A stretch of DNA of 48,808 bases, the filler included, from Sphacelaria rigidula (lineage: Eukaryota): the NCBI GenBank assembly GCA_964200075.2. It is 3 parts of 3 records of this genome, joined end to end, with 100 filler letters (N's around TTAATTAATTAA, not from the genome) between each part and the next. Parts side by side here need not be neighbours in the genome. Positions count along the whole stretch, not along the records: positions 16,305 to 32,506 come from CAXNAA020001445.1; positions 32,607 to 48,808 come from CAXNAA020001446.1; 1 more part is not named here. One strand, given 5' to 3'. Shown in pieces: positions 22,102-32,849 of the stretch. A model generated the notes under the pieces. The model did no database searches. It saw nothing but the letters and a program-made list of their open reading frames with translations, and was not told where the DNA came from. Position 1 is the stretch's first letter, and each line of letters opens with the position of its first letter. Made by a program: the position numbers and the translations under genes.

Positions 22102-23642
22102 ATAGGCCGTGTCTTATCTAGTCCAGAGAAAGAAGCGGGAAGAGGAACAAGCGTCCAAAGCAAAATGTTGATCGATTCCCGGGCGGGTCTATGGTTGCGT
22201 TGACTTGTCAACATGCTGCTTTCAGGCGTTGTTCTTTTCCCTCCTCCTTTTCATAATCTCGCTAACACGGGATCTGGGACCAAGAGAAAAAGCATGAAAG
22301 GGAACAAGCGTCCAAAAGCAGTATGTTGATTGATTCCAAAGCGGGGCGTTGCGGTTACTAGTCGAACACAACGATTTTGAAGAAGGCCTGAAATTTCAAA
22401 TTTCAAGAGCTCCAAACGGTCGGTTACTACTTTCATGCCGTTGCTGTTAGATATCTCATCACGAACAACACTGCCGACGTTCTCGTTGGCTCGCCTTCGC
22501 CGGTAAAATAAACTCCAGGATGATGCTGCCTGCGCGTGCACGGCATTCAAAACTACGGTAAATATCTTTATCACAACCTCTCTGTGACTTGGGGGTGCAG
22601 TCGGAAAGACAACGGCGTGATCGACAGGCCCTCCCGGAATGCAGCAGCGGCGTAAGCAACCGAAAATACCGATTTTTGAAATGCTCAAGAAACTGGATCA
22701 AAGGGCTGCTTGACGCGTGGCTTCATGATGATATACATTCTTGGTCACAACCACACGGTCTGTTGTCACCAGTAGCTGCGTGCGTCTTGATGCTGTACTC
22801 TATTGTCGTCTCTGCACGGACTGCTGCGTGTCGTGCCTTGAAAACTGCTCAGGTCTGTCGCCCTCGCTGATCGTTGGTGTTACCGAGGTCATCAGCGGTA
22901 ATATCAAGTCACTTTCGAACGAAAAAATGATACGTACTCAAAAGCTACGTGCAATGTTTGCAGCATGCTTGCTTTTTGTGTGCTCAGATGCACCCACCAC
23001 ACCACCAGCTGTAGACATCGCAGACGGTGCGGTAGCGTACACTTGTCGCAGCGCAGCAGGCAAGCAGGTCACTACTTGATTGTGTCTGCTCTCCGTTTCG
23101 AAAGTGTATACGTCCGCAAACAGCAACCATCGTACTTGACTCCAACAGCACATCCACCGCTACCGACGCACATACCGTCTTGAGAGAAATCTCAAACCCA
23201 AGATGTACGATATATTTGACTGTAAATTAGTGTGAAATATACCGGGAATTTCGAGCTTGAGACACCTGTGAAGAGACGGACACTGCGAACCCACGGCCCT
23301 TTCTACTTTCCGAGAATGCCCAGGGTGTCACTGGCAAGGTTCCTGATGACTCTTGAACGGTAGAGAGCGTCATAGCATACACAGGGGGGGCAGCTCTCCG
23401 AAGTGTTGCGTTGCAGTTCCGTACTGTTCCGACTCCTCAAAGAGGTGAGGTGAAGCTTCGAAGAAAAAATCAAGCCGCTTCACGTTCGGAGAAGTCTGAA
23501 CGCAGAGTCTGCGAAGTCCAAAAATTTCGGAGATCTCCGAAGAAACAGCGCCGATAACAACCGTTTTGATATACCGAAGTCGACTAACCGGGGCGCATTT
23601 GTCAATCGGCATAATTTTCTCTTGAAAACGACGCCGATTTAA

Positions 23643-23740
23643 CCGTTAGACCGCGAGATTAGTCTTGCTGGATCATGCATACTTCATTTCACTTGAAATT
23701 GATGCCGATTCAACAGAAGACTAACCTCGCGGTCTAGGGG
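23643..23740. mobile_element. 98-bp piggyBac-type MITE with TTAA target-site duplication
   Basis: TTAA|CCGTTAGACCGCGAGATTAGTCTT ... AAGACTAACCTCGCGGTCTAGGGG|TTAA. Confidence 0.8.
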
Positions 23741-23842
23741 TTAAAAGTAGACCCTGCGTGCAGACCAGACCCTTACCCCTGGTTAGTGGGGGTCCGGTCC
23801 CGAAAGGGATAATGGGCCTAAACCGTGGATGGAACATGTTGA

Positions 23843-23944
23843 TCCTTAGACCGCGGTGCGGGTAGTGTATCTAGATCACGCATACTGTTTTCAATTGGAT
23901 ACTGATGCAGATGTAGCAGGTGACCTACCCTCGCGGCCAAAGGG
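23843..23944. mobile_element. Second, older piggyBac-type mini element
   Basis: ttga|tccttagaccgcg..gggtag ... ctaccctcgcggccaaaggg|tcaa. Shares ttagaccgcg with the neighbouring element. Flanks look like decayed TTAA. Confidence 0.55.
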
Positions 23945-24160
23945 TCAACACTGGAACGGAATACTCCTAACGAGGCTGTCGTTGTGCTTTTTACCCTAGA
24001 GGCCAAATATTCAAATTCGGTAGGCATCGGCCGTCACTCTTTATGTTACTCGGACACTCATGCGCACGGTTGACAGTGTACCTTTTTGGCCATTTTCTGT
24101 ATGTTTTATGGAACATTTGGGGGACAGCTCGGATGTGTCATCTCCTTCGCACCGGGGAGA

Positions 24161-24232
24161 GGGGGGCGTACTCATTTGTTGCTTGCCTTAGTCATTTGAC
24201 CATTGACCACGCATCCCTTTCGAGAAGGAGCA
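24161..24232 (-). repeat. Conserved about 72-bp dispersed repeat core, copy 2
   Basis: Reverse complement of 6697-6768 with one visible mismatch. Confidence 0.9.
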
Positions 24233-24582
24233 ACGAAGCAGTCGCTACAGAAAGTTGGAGGAAACGGGAGAAACGAAAGTGTAAAGAGGACGAACAGAGT
24301 AATCTGAGGAGCAAAAATGCGATAAAAAATGAGGAATACGCGTAAAAAGGAAGGAGGTGGAAAAAAAGGATGGGAGGAAAGGACGATCTATTGTAGAATT
24401 AATGCCAAGATAGGTCTATAGTAGTACCGGTCCTGCTACAAAAAACTGAACAATGGTCGGCCCCAGCCGCATGGCTCCAGGTATGGAGGCCGTAAGATCG
24501 AAGGCAAACAGAAGAATAATCAGCTGTTGGAACAGATATATCGTCGGTGTCGTCGGGGGCAAACTTGAGCTGAGCTGCACAG

Positions 24583-24948
24583 GTATGTGTTGTCGTCCCA
24601 TCTGTTCTAGACGCTGGTTGGTCTACACCTTTCGGTCTATGTGGGCGCACCAGCCGGGGTCACATGGGAGGAAGGTCAACACAGGAGTTTTTTCTTTTTT
24701 GTTTGTTTTTAGTACTCCACCTTCCCTCTGCGGTGCTTGCCTCTATTTTTTTTATCGCGAGAGGAGTTCAGCAGTCCCTTTCCCTCGTCGACCGTTCAGT
24801 CGAATTTTGTGTACCCACGACATGGTCGCTCTCCGCTGTTGAGCATGGTGTGATAAAAAATCCCAGACCGCTCCGAGATTTGAACCCACGACCCAACCGT
24901 CAGCAGGTTTCGAGGTTTCCAACTGAGCCACCGGGCGGTGCGACCAGT
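24583..24948 (-). mobile_element. tRNA-derived SINE, same family as 21711-22096
   Basis: Minus strand: actggtcgc...ggtggctcagttggaaacctcgaaacctgctgacggttgggtcgtgggttcaaatctcggagcggtctgggatttttt, followed by the homologous body. Confidence 0.85.
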
Positions 24949-25794
24949 ACCAAAATATGTAGACATACATATCAGAAAGTATAGTAGTCCACGGCGCTCG
25001 GTGCGGAAGCCCTCAAGGGAAGGGTGTGGTGGCGGGGTAAAAAAACTTCGGAGCATGGTGGTTTTAGACCTCAGCTAGAGCGGTTTTGGTCATCGATTAC
25101 TTAGAGGACCGCGTCATAGTTCAAAAACACCAAACGTCTTCCAAAACCAATGAGGCCAGTTCCTACGAGCTAGACCAGCCAACAGGGGGGTGGTATTCTC
25201 GCTCAGGCGACGCACGGCGCGGTACTAGGAGTTGGACGCTGAAATTGACAGCAGCTTTCTATGATCGACATGCAGAACATCACGTGAGCAGCAAATAGAA
25301 AAACCCCCCCGGAAGTTATGGGGGTTTGAAATTTCAGCAAAAAGAGGATAATGTTATGTCCAGGAAGCAAATGAGAATCTGCAGCTGCTCCCGGGGTGTA
25401 TCATTTCCTCGGGTGCAGAAGGTCTTTGTGAAATTTTAGCTCAAGAGTCGTCGAATTGGGCGGTGCGTGCAACATTTTGGGTAACGCTACTGCATCGCAC
25501 TAATACCCAGTGCGGGGTAATTGCATACGTGAACCCACCGCATCAAGAAGAAAAACAAACTCCGACACGCTATCGCCCACCGATATGAGACACACCCCGT
25601 ACTACCCTATGCAGTACAAGAACGTCATCGGCAATACGACGCCAATCGAACAGCGACGCAGTCCTTTGTCATCAGGTGGGTCTGCAGTTCACAGTGATAT
25701 GCTTACATCGGGTTTATTCGGGAAACTGGGAAAGCTGTGGTGTGAGCAACTCTTGGCCACTTTTAAGCTGGCCCAACTCGTACAGGGACCATCC

Positions 25795-25844
25795 CCCTGA
25801 CCTTAACCCCAACACTACGCCTAACCCTAACCCTAACCCTGACC
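25795..25844 (+). repeat. Interstitial telomere-like (CCCTAA)n tract
   Basis: ccctgaccttaaccccaacactacgcctaaccctaaccctaaccctgacc. Confidence 0.8.
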
Positions 25845-26364
25845 ATAGGGATGTCTAAACTCCCATGCGGTCCGCTGAGCACGCGGTCCTCCTACGCGTT
25901 ACAGGTTTTCTGTATACCCGGGGTATTTCCCCGGGTATTAATCGTACCCGACAGTCAGTCCTGTAAACCCTGTAAGGCTGTCATACCGGTACCCGACAGT
26001 TCTGTAATCTCTGTAACACTTTTATACCCTTCCCCGATATTTCTGTGAGTTCTGTGAGCCTCCCGTACCGTTATCCGGGGGCACGGGTATGCTCTTGATG
26101 AGATACCCGGTTGCGGGTACGGTTTTCTGTGCAACCTCTGCACACTACACGATAGTTTCTGTGAATTCTGCAAGCCTCCCATACCCTTACACGACAGTGC
26201 TGTGAGTTCTGTACAGAGTACGTATCCGTACCCGGAGCGCAGGTATGCTCTTGATGAAATACCCGATTGCCGATACGCATTTTCTGTAAGCCTCCCATAT
26301 CGTACCCGACAAGTTCTGCAGTTTCTGTAAGACTTTCAAACTGGTACCCGACAGTTTAAATTTC

Positions 26365-27092
26365 TCGAAGACTTTCATACAGGGTGGTTCACCCTCCTTA
26401 CCCAAAATTGTGTCATCAGCAAATGCCTTTCGCAATGCCCACGCAATAGTCGCATGCATGATATCATACTGACCGCCATAGACAGCTGAAGAGCGTAACA
26501 CAGCCAGATCTGTAAGAACATAGTGGTGGCGCTAGGGGCGAAAAGGTATATCAACCAATCAGCGCCCGTCAAATTGTTCCGAGATCGAAATTCCGAATTA
26601 CAAGCCCAATTTTCACTCAATCTCCACATGCTTCGATTCGCAGTAGCCACCAATAGCTCGGGAATCTAACGGAAAAAACAGATTTGAAAACGGTTACTAC
26701 GGGGGTCGAAATATACCCGAAACCGCGATGTTTCGGTGATATCGGGTGTGGTCGTATAATTTCCACTTATGATACGCACGAAAGACCCAAGGAGCCTCGT
26801 GACGGTGTCTCCTATATATGTTGTAGAAAAGCTCGGATCGCCCTCAAACTTGGCGGTTTCGTACATATCGTTGCTCCAGATGGAAAATTGTATTCTTGAC
26901 AGGATTTCAAAGTCTCTCCGTTTCCTACCGGCTTCCGGGGGTCCCAGAATGAAGACCCCCGGAAGGCGGTACAGAATGCCCCGAACGAAGAATGATGAAA
27001 GGATGCGTCCCGGGATAGTCCAAAGAACACATGTGCAGAGCTTGCTGGAGAAACCCGGAAACCTCGTATAGTTTTTGTTGCCTTGACGTGAA
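26365..27092 (-). pseudogene. Decayed intronless coding fragment of about 240 codons, unidentified
   Basis: One frame is open from about 27092 to 26669 (GILYRLPGVFILGPPEAGRKRRDFEILSRIQFSIWSNDMYETAKFEGDPSFSTTYIGDTVTRLLG). After a single TAG the same frame continues (NNLTGADWLIYLFAPS), then an apparent frameshift leads into LRSSAVYGGQYDIMHATIAWALRKAFADD. Confidence 0.45.
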
Positions 27093-27099
27093 ATTTACC

Positions 27100-27870
27100 C
27101 CAAAAACGCTTTTATACTAAAACCAAGTAGTTGCGCGTTTCAAGCCCACGTCCTCCACAAAAGCGTAAACCTTCACGCCGCGATTGGTGGTTCAACCCTA
27201 AAACTTTGCACAAACACGCTGTGTGTCGCTACGCAACTTTCCATCGATGAGGTTTTTCATTTATTGACTTTTTTCCCCCCCGTTTTTCGGGGATCCGACG
27301 GGATCCAAGTCGTTTTCCGAAGTAGCCCCCATTCTGGGACCCCGGAAAACCGGTCCTACGATATTATTTTTCATGTCTTCGCGAACGAGCTGTAGCCGCA
27401 TAACCCAAGGAAGGGTCCCACAAAATTTCGGGGAAAAGCTCGATGAACTGATGCTTGAATTTTGGTGTTGCCGTTGAAAAAATACCGAAAACGCCGTTCT
27501 TGTACAACAATAGAACTAAGTAGTTGGCGGTTTCACCGCGGCACGGCAAAGTTCGTCGCACAAGAGCAAAAACCTCACGCCGTTTTGAGGAGTTGGACCC
27601 TGAAATTTTGCACAACCGTGCGAAGGATCATCACGAAACTTTGGATAAACGAGGCTCTTATTTTTGTTTTATTATCCTTTTGGGTCCGATTGGACTGATG
27701 TTTTCCCGACAAAACTGGGACCCTCGACAAACGGTAAAAAGTAAAGAAGAAAACCTCAACGTCTGAAAGTGGCGTTATGCCCCATACAACATTCGTGCGA
27801 AACTGCAGGGTCTAACTCCTTGAAACGATGTGAGTTTTTGCCGATGAGTGTTTTTTGGGTGATGAATAAG
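27100..27870. repeat. Diverged direct repeat (about 27100-27355 vs 27480-27740) with a partial inverted third arm (about 27790-27850)
   Basis: aagtagttg..tttca..cacaa..aaacct(t)cacgccg..accct(a/g)aaa..ttgcacaa..ctgggaccc occurs twice. cagggtctaactccttgaaacgatgtgagttttt mirrors part of it. Confidence 0.6.
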
Positions 27871-28319
27871 CGTGAACCAGCCTGTACCGGTACCCGATAT
27901 TTCTGTAAGTTCTGTAGGGAATCTCATACCCTACAAAACATACCCGTACCTTACAGAACACAACCTTGAATTATTTCCATCTGGCCTGGTGATTACCAGA
28001 CAGAAATCTATACGAAATAATAGATACGAACAGGGCTTTCGAATGAGCTTGTATTGATTATGCACAGACAATCCATACGCATGTGATGCTGATCTGGGTA
28101 CAGTCAGTACAAGAAATTGCGGCGGAATAACAGAACATGATTGATATACGGGGCTCTCATCGAGGCTGTGATTTTTTTTTCTCTTCCTCAAATTCTCGCA
28201 AAAAATTGGTCCCCTGCAGTGCGGTCCGAACCTTCGTTTAGTTCGACCGGCTAGAATCCGTTTTTTTTTTCATTGTGTGAGCTCCTGACAAACAAGTCAA
28301 CCTGGGGGTGGCGACCTCG

Positions 28320-28600
28320 AAGCACATGATCTGTGGCGAGAGCACTCTAGACCACCTTCGTGTTCTTGGCACCCTATCCCTCCTCCTCGCTCAAGTACAC
28401 CATCCGCATGTTCCGAGTTGATGTGGCAGGCGCTCACATATACCGAACAACGGTCGTAGCAAGCACAATCCAAGGCAACACATCCGAGCTGAAGTGGCGC
28501 AGCGCAGCCTTGACCACTTTTCTCCTCTTTTTTTTTTCTTTCATCAGTTCATCGACTCGCTCCTCGTAGTCTTACGCGTCTTGCCGCGGGCGGCCTGAGG
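28320..28600 (-). pseudogene. Pseudogenised exon fragment
   Basis: One frame reads QDA*DYEERVDELMKEKKKRRKVVKAALRHFSSDVLPWIVLATTVVRYM*APATSTRNMRMVYLSEEEG*GAKNTKVV*SALA, with GC3-rich codons and four point stops. Confidence 0.45.
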
Positions 28601-29039
28601 ATGCCCTCACTTTTTGTTTCTTCTTCTCAACCGCTGTCGAAAGCTATGGAGGGTCAACCGCATAGGGCTCGATGGCCAATAACACTACCATCCGTGATTG
28701 AGACAAATAGGGTGATATCATTGATCACGCTTCTGTGGGGCTCGAGAGACGAATGTGAAAATAGGCAACGTTTTCGGCGCTCGCCAGCAACGAAGTTGCT
28801 TGGGCAAGAACATGTCCCCTTTGGACCGACTTTTTTCGCCTCAGCAACTCGGTAGACCTAAAGCTTCGGTCGTATATCTATGGTTGACAACATGTCTATT
28901 ATACTTGATTTTAGTCTCGAGAAAATTCTGATCAAATTTATGGTTTGGGGCAGGTGAGCAGCGGACCCAGCTTGTCCACAACGTGGTGTTGTCGAAATTG
29001 GCGCCTGCAGCGTCAACAACGTTTCAAAGCGAGTTTCTC

Positions 29040-29600
29040 CACCGTTGTGTATTGCAGTGCGCTGCGCTGTACTGTTAGCTGTACACGCGGCAGCAGTACA
29101 GTGTACAGCACACCGAAGGATACGGTACCGTAACCGTGCGGAATACCGCGAAATCACGGGTAGCTTCAGTGTGGTGTTTATACTGCCTGTTATATCTAAT
29201 GTGTGGTTGCTGGTACTGTACCGCTGAGCACGATTGGCCAAGCAATAAAAACACAGACTTGTGATGTAATACGATCGATCCTGATGTCTGCTGTGCACAT
29301 CCTGGACAGTGAATTCTATTGTGAAAAATGTACTGCGTACAGTTTGAAATATATTGTCTATTGCAATAGGCGCAATAGTCGATACTGTACGCAGTACACT
29401 TTTTGACTTGCATTCTCTTCTCCAGGGTGTGCTGCTGTGCTAGAAGATGGATAGCATGAGCGTGACTGTACCAAACAGCGTACTGTCCTGTTCAATGTAT
29501 TGCAGTGACCAGTGCACTGCACAATATCGTACGTGTTGCAGCGGTCGGCGTATGGTACGGTACACACTGTATGCAGCACTGTATAATGGACCGTTTCGAA
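29040..29600. repeat. TACTGTAC/GTACAG-rich degenerate repeat
   Basis: Many tactgt, gtacag and tacggtac motifs. Confidence 0.5.
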
Positions 29601-30814
29601 GCTACGGACCACGGTTTCGATTGAGTGCATCATTTTTGAAAACGAACCACGTCTTTTCCGAAGCAAAACACAATACACCCTGGACGAATGAGCCGCCGCT
29701 AAATTGTGATTCTCGTTCACATGCGGCCAAGTTGTGAGGGGAGGGTAAAGGGTTGCCAACGGTGCGGTTGTATTGTGAGTTTTTACCTCTCCGCTTACGA
29801 GTGTCGACAGCATGAACGGTGTGTCCGTTGTCTACTCGAAAGAAAAATGAGGTAAATAACCAAGCTTGTCCTTTCGGCTTGTGACAGTGCAAAAAAGAAG
29901 TGTTGAAAAGGGGGGTAATCCCCTTCGTTCAGAAAGGTTCTTGGAAAGTGGCTCCAAAATGAAGGTCTGCCGCACGCACCCGAGGTATGGTGATACGTCG
30001 TTGCACGGAAGCGTGAAGTTGTATTGGGTCCGCAGCAAGCCGGCGCTGAGACGCCAGCCGTTTCCCGGCAAATTTCCGCTAGATCGTCCCGCACTAGTCC
30101 CAGCCACAATTATGCATGCCTTCAAGCACACGTACAGGACTTGCTTTCCGGTATGCGATAGACTGTAAGTTGCATAGTGCTGTTTCTCGGGCAGACAGGA
30201 GACAACGTCGAGCGTCAAGCAGCTGCACGCTGGACCGAGGGGCCGGGAAATGACGGCACGCCCCCCCTCCCTCTCCCCAGGTCGCCCAAACGTCATTCTG
30301 AGGCCGTGGGAGGGGAGGGGAGGAGACCCTCGGGTACCCTATTTGAGGAGAGGGGATAACCCCCTGATCGATGTATGATGGCGATAGTAGTTGCTGTGTG
30401 TGTGCGTATCGGTCCTAAAACACACATCCATGTATATAAAATATGCTGCTTGCTGCTGTGTTCGACATTGCGTGCACTGCCTACCAACCGGAGCGTGATG
30501 CCTTCGGCGGTACTACCTGCTCACGGCACAGCGGCAGGATGCAGGGGGACAAAACACACCGCAGGACGCCATATTCTTCGCCTACCCCTGTCCTGCGTTG
30601 ATTTCGCGCTGTCCTACGCAGTTCGTTACATCATGAACGCAGCCGTTTGTACCTGCCGCCAACGTGCACGCGAGATATCACCCCTCGCTATGCGCTCTAT
30701 CGCTACGCCATATTTTGTAAAGCTGTCCGTGTTGCAGTTACAGCATGCGTTTGCCCCGGGTGGCGCACGCAGGCTTGGAAGGCCGGCTCCGCCGCTGTAA
30801 TGGCTGCCTACCCA

Positions 30815-30926
30815 GAAAAACTCTTGTGTTGGCCTTCCTCCTGTGTGACCTCGGCTGGTGCGCCCAAATATACCGAAGGTGGAGACCGGCGTCCAGAATA
30901 GATGAGACGACAACTCACAAAACACC
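30815..30926 (+). mobile_element. 5'-truncated 3' fragment of the same SINE family
   Basis: tgtgttggccttcctcctgtgtgacctcggctggtgcgccc...gacgacaac matches the 3' ends of both full SINE copies. Confidence 0.75.
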
Positions 30927-32506
30927 CTGTGCGCAGTTCACTTTTCATATTGTGTTCGTACTGACTGTAGGAATATTTTTCCAGGGTCTGGTACATTTAC
31001 ACATGTATGTGATGTTACTCAGTGAGATCGTGAAGAAATCCACAACATCTGGGCGAACTTCAGGTGAGGCAATCGCCGAAATATTCACCTACAAACTCTG
31101 CTCCAGTGCACTGTAAGTTGATATCGCTAGAAGGACACTACCATAACCACCTTGGCGGCTGCCAGGCTGTCATGACGTGAGATCCGCTGGCATTACTAGT
31201 ATCTTTACGGGGATGTTGCGCCCTTGTCGGGTACGTGGGGAAGGGTCCGTGGCAAAACGCAGTGGCCGCGTCATGCAGCTGCACGCTGGGTGTTCTCACT
31301 CAAGACTTCGATTTGGAGGATGACACTAGGTAGCCAGCAGCAATTGCTGTGTATCCAGGCGCCCCTTGGAGCAAGATGCGGTTGGTTGTTGTTCGACGAA
31401 GTTTCCCCCCCCAAAACGAAATCAATAAGGGTTACAGACTGGGAAAATATGGCAAACAAAAAGTCGCCAAAATCGAGTCGCAGAAAACCGGTTAGTCGAA
31501 TTTTTCACCCGGAGCAGAAACCAAATTCACCAAGTGAAATTTAAATGCAACTATTAGCACCTTTTGTCCAGGGTGAGGTAACTGACCCGTATTGCGCTGT
31601 GGCATCATTTCCCAGAGCACGCATTGCAAATATATTTACATAAATGTCGATGGATTATGGTCGATATTGATGATCCCTTGGTCGATCCATCCTCTGCTGT
31701 TGTGACTGTTTGAGCGCCAGACGGAAAAACAAGAAATAGTGTCAGTCGACACCACGTTGTGAGACCTCCAGGACTACAAGCATTAGGCCCTGTCTTCAGA
31801 GAAACAACACGACAGCGAATCTCCAACAGGGTGCGCTGCCACGCTGAGATCTGAAACTGGAACGCCCGTCGAGCCCCCTGACTTGTACCCTTCGTCCTCC
31901 TTGCAGCCGGTCACCGTACGGAGAGCTAGCTGTTCCGGCCAACCTTCTTGTTCAAGAAGCTCTTCACATTGACGAGAGCCAGAGGATCCTTCGTGCGCTT
32001 TTTGGGGTTTCAGCGAATCGTGTCGCGCGCTGCCAACGTGACGTTAACTTCACTTCCCTCAGAGCTCCGGCTCACCACCCTAGAACCGCGACTTGCTGCT
32101 GTAATCGCCTCGATATCCATCTTGGACGCGCTTACGCGCTTCCTCGCGGAGGCCCCATGTACAGGTCTGACCACTGACCACGGACCAGTGTACTCTACGG
32201 CAAACTACGGCGTACCGTGCCGTACTGGCGGATTCACATGCTGCGAAATCCGCGAATCCGTTGGATTCACACCAACAAATTTGACCCACCAACAGCAATG
32301 CCAAGCCGGCTTGGACTTAGTATTTATCCTCGCACTGTCATGGAACGGATTTCCGGGGTTTTGGAAACCCAGACTCAGTCCGTTCGACGTAGCAGAGCCC
32401 GGCTCTGGTTTCCACACCTCACGGTTACTGTTGGAAGATCAGATACAACTCCTCGTCCTCCTCCTCATCCCCCCCCCCCCCCCTGTACCCTGGCCCGCCG
32501 AGCACC

Positions 32507-32606
32507 NNNNNNNNNNNNNNNNNNNNNNNNNNNNNNNNNNNNNNNNNNNNTTAATTAATTAANNNNNNNNNNNNNNNNNNNNNNNNNNNNNNNNNNNNNN
32601 NNNNNN
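32507..32606. other. Artificial contig join (N44-TTAATTAATTAA-N44)
   Basis: Linker at 32551-32562, flanked by poly-C and poly-A tracts. Confidence 0.98.
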
Positions 32607-32849
32607 AAAGGAAAAAGAAAAAAAAAAAAAAAAAAAAAAAAAAAAACAGCCCTCCGGCGGGGGGAGGGGGGGAGGGAGGGGGTGCGTAGGTGTGCGGGAT
32701 TTTTCTTCGTGCACCCGTGTTACATCATACGGTCTAGAGGATATACACAAACTCTACAGTGTCCACATTCTTAGAGGGCATACGGCATGCGAAAATCTCG
32801 ATTGCGAATATTCCTCTGGAGTTACTTGCCACAAGACTTGCTCCTCGAG

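Larger units (their letters stand above)
25901..27968. mobile_element. GTACCCG/TTCTGT subrepeat element interrupted by, or carrying, about 1.5 kb of other sequence
   Basis: Subrepeat blocks at 25901-26355 and 27880-27968. Ends aggttttctgta / tacagaacacaacct are loosely inverted. Confidence 0.6.

Noticed and set aside
22855..22900. Minus-strand hammerhead-like CTGATGA followed by a cctcg/cgagg stem
   Set aside because: The required GAAA is missing (GACA), and stems I and III are not evident.
25901..26355. CRISPR-like or iteron-like array (also 11787-12916)
   Set aside because: Short degenerate motifs at irregular spacing, no constant repeat with unique spacers, no cas genes, and a eukaryotic context.
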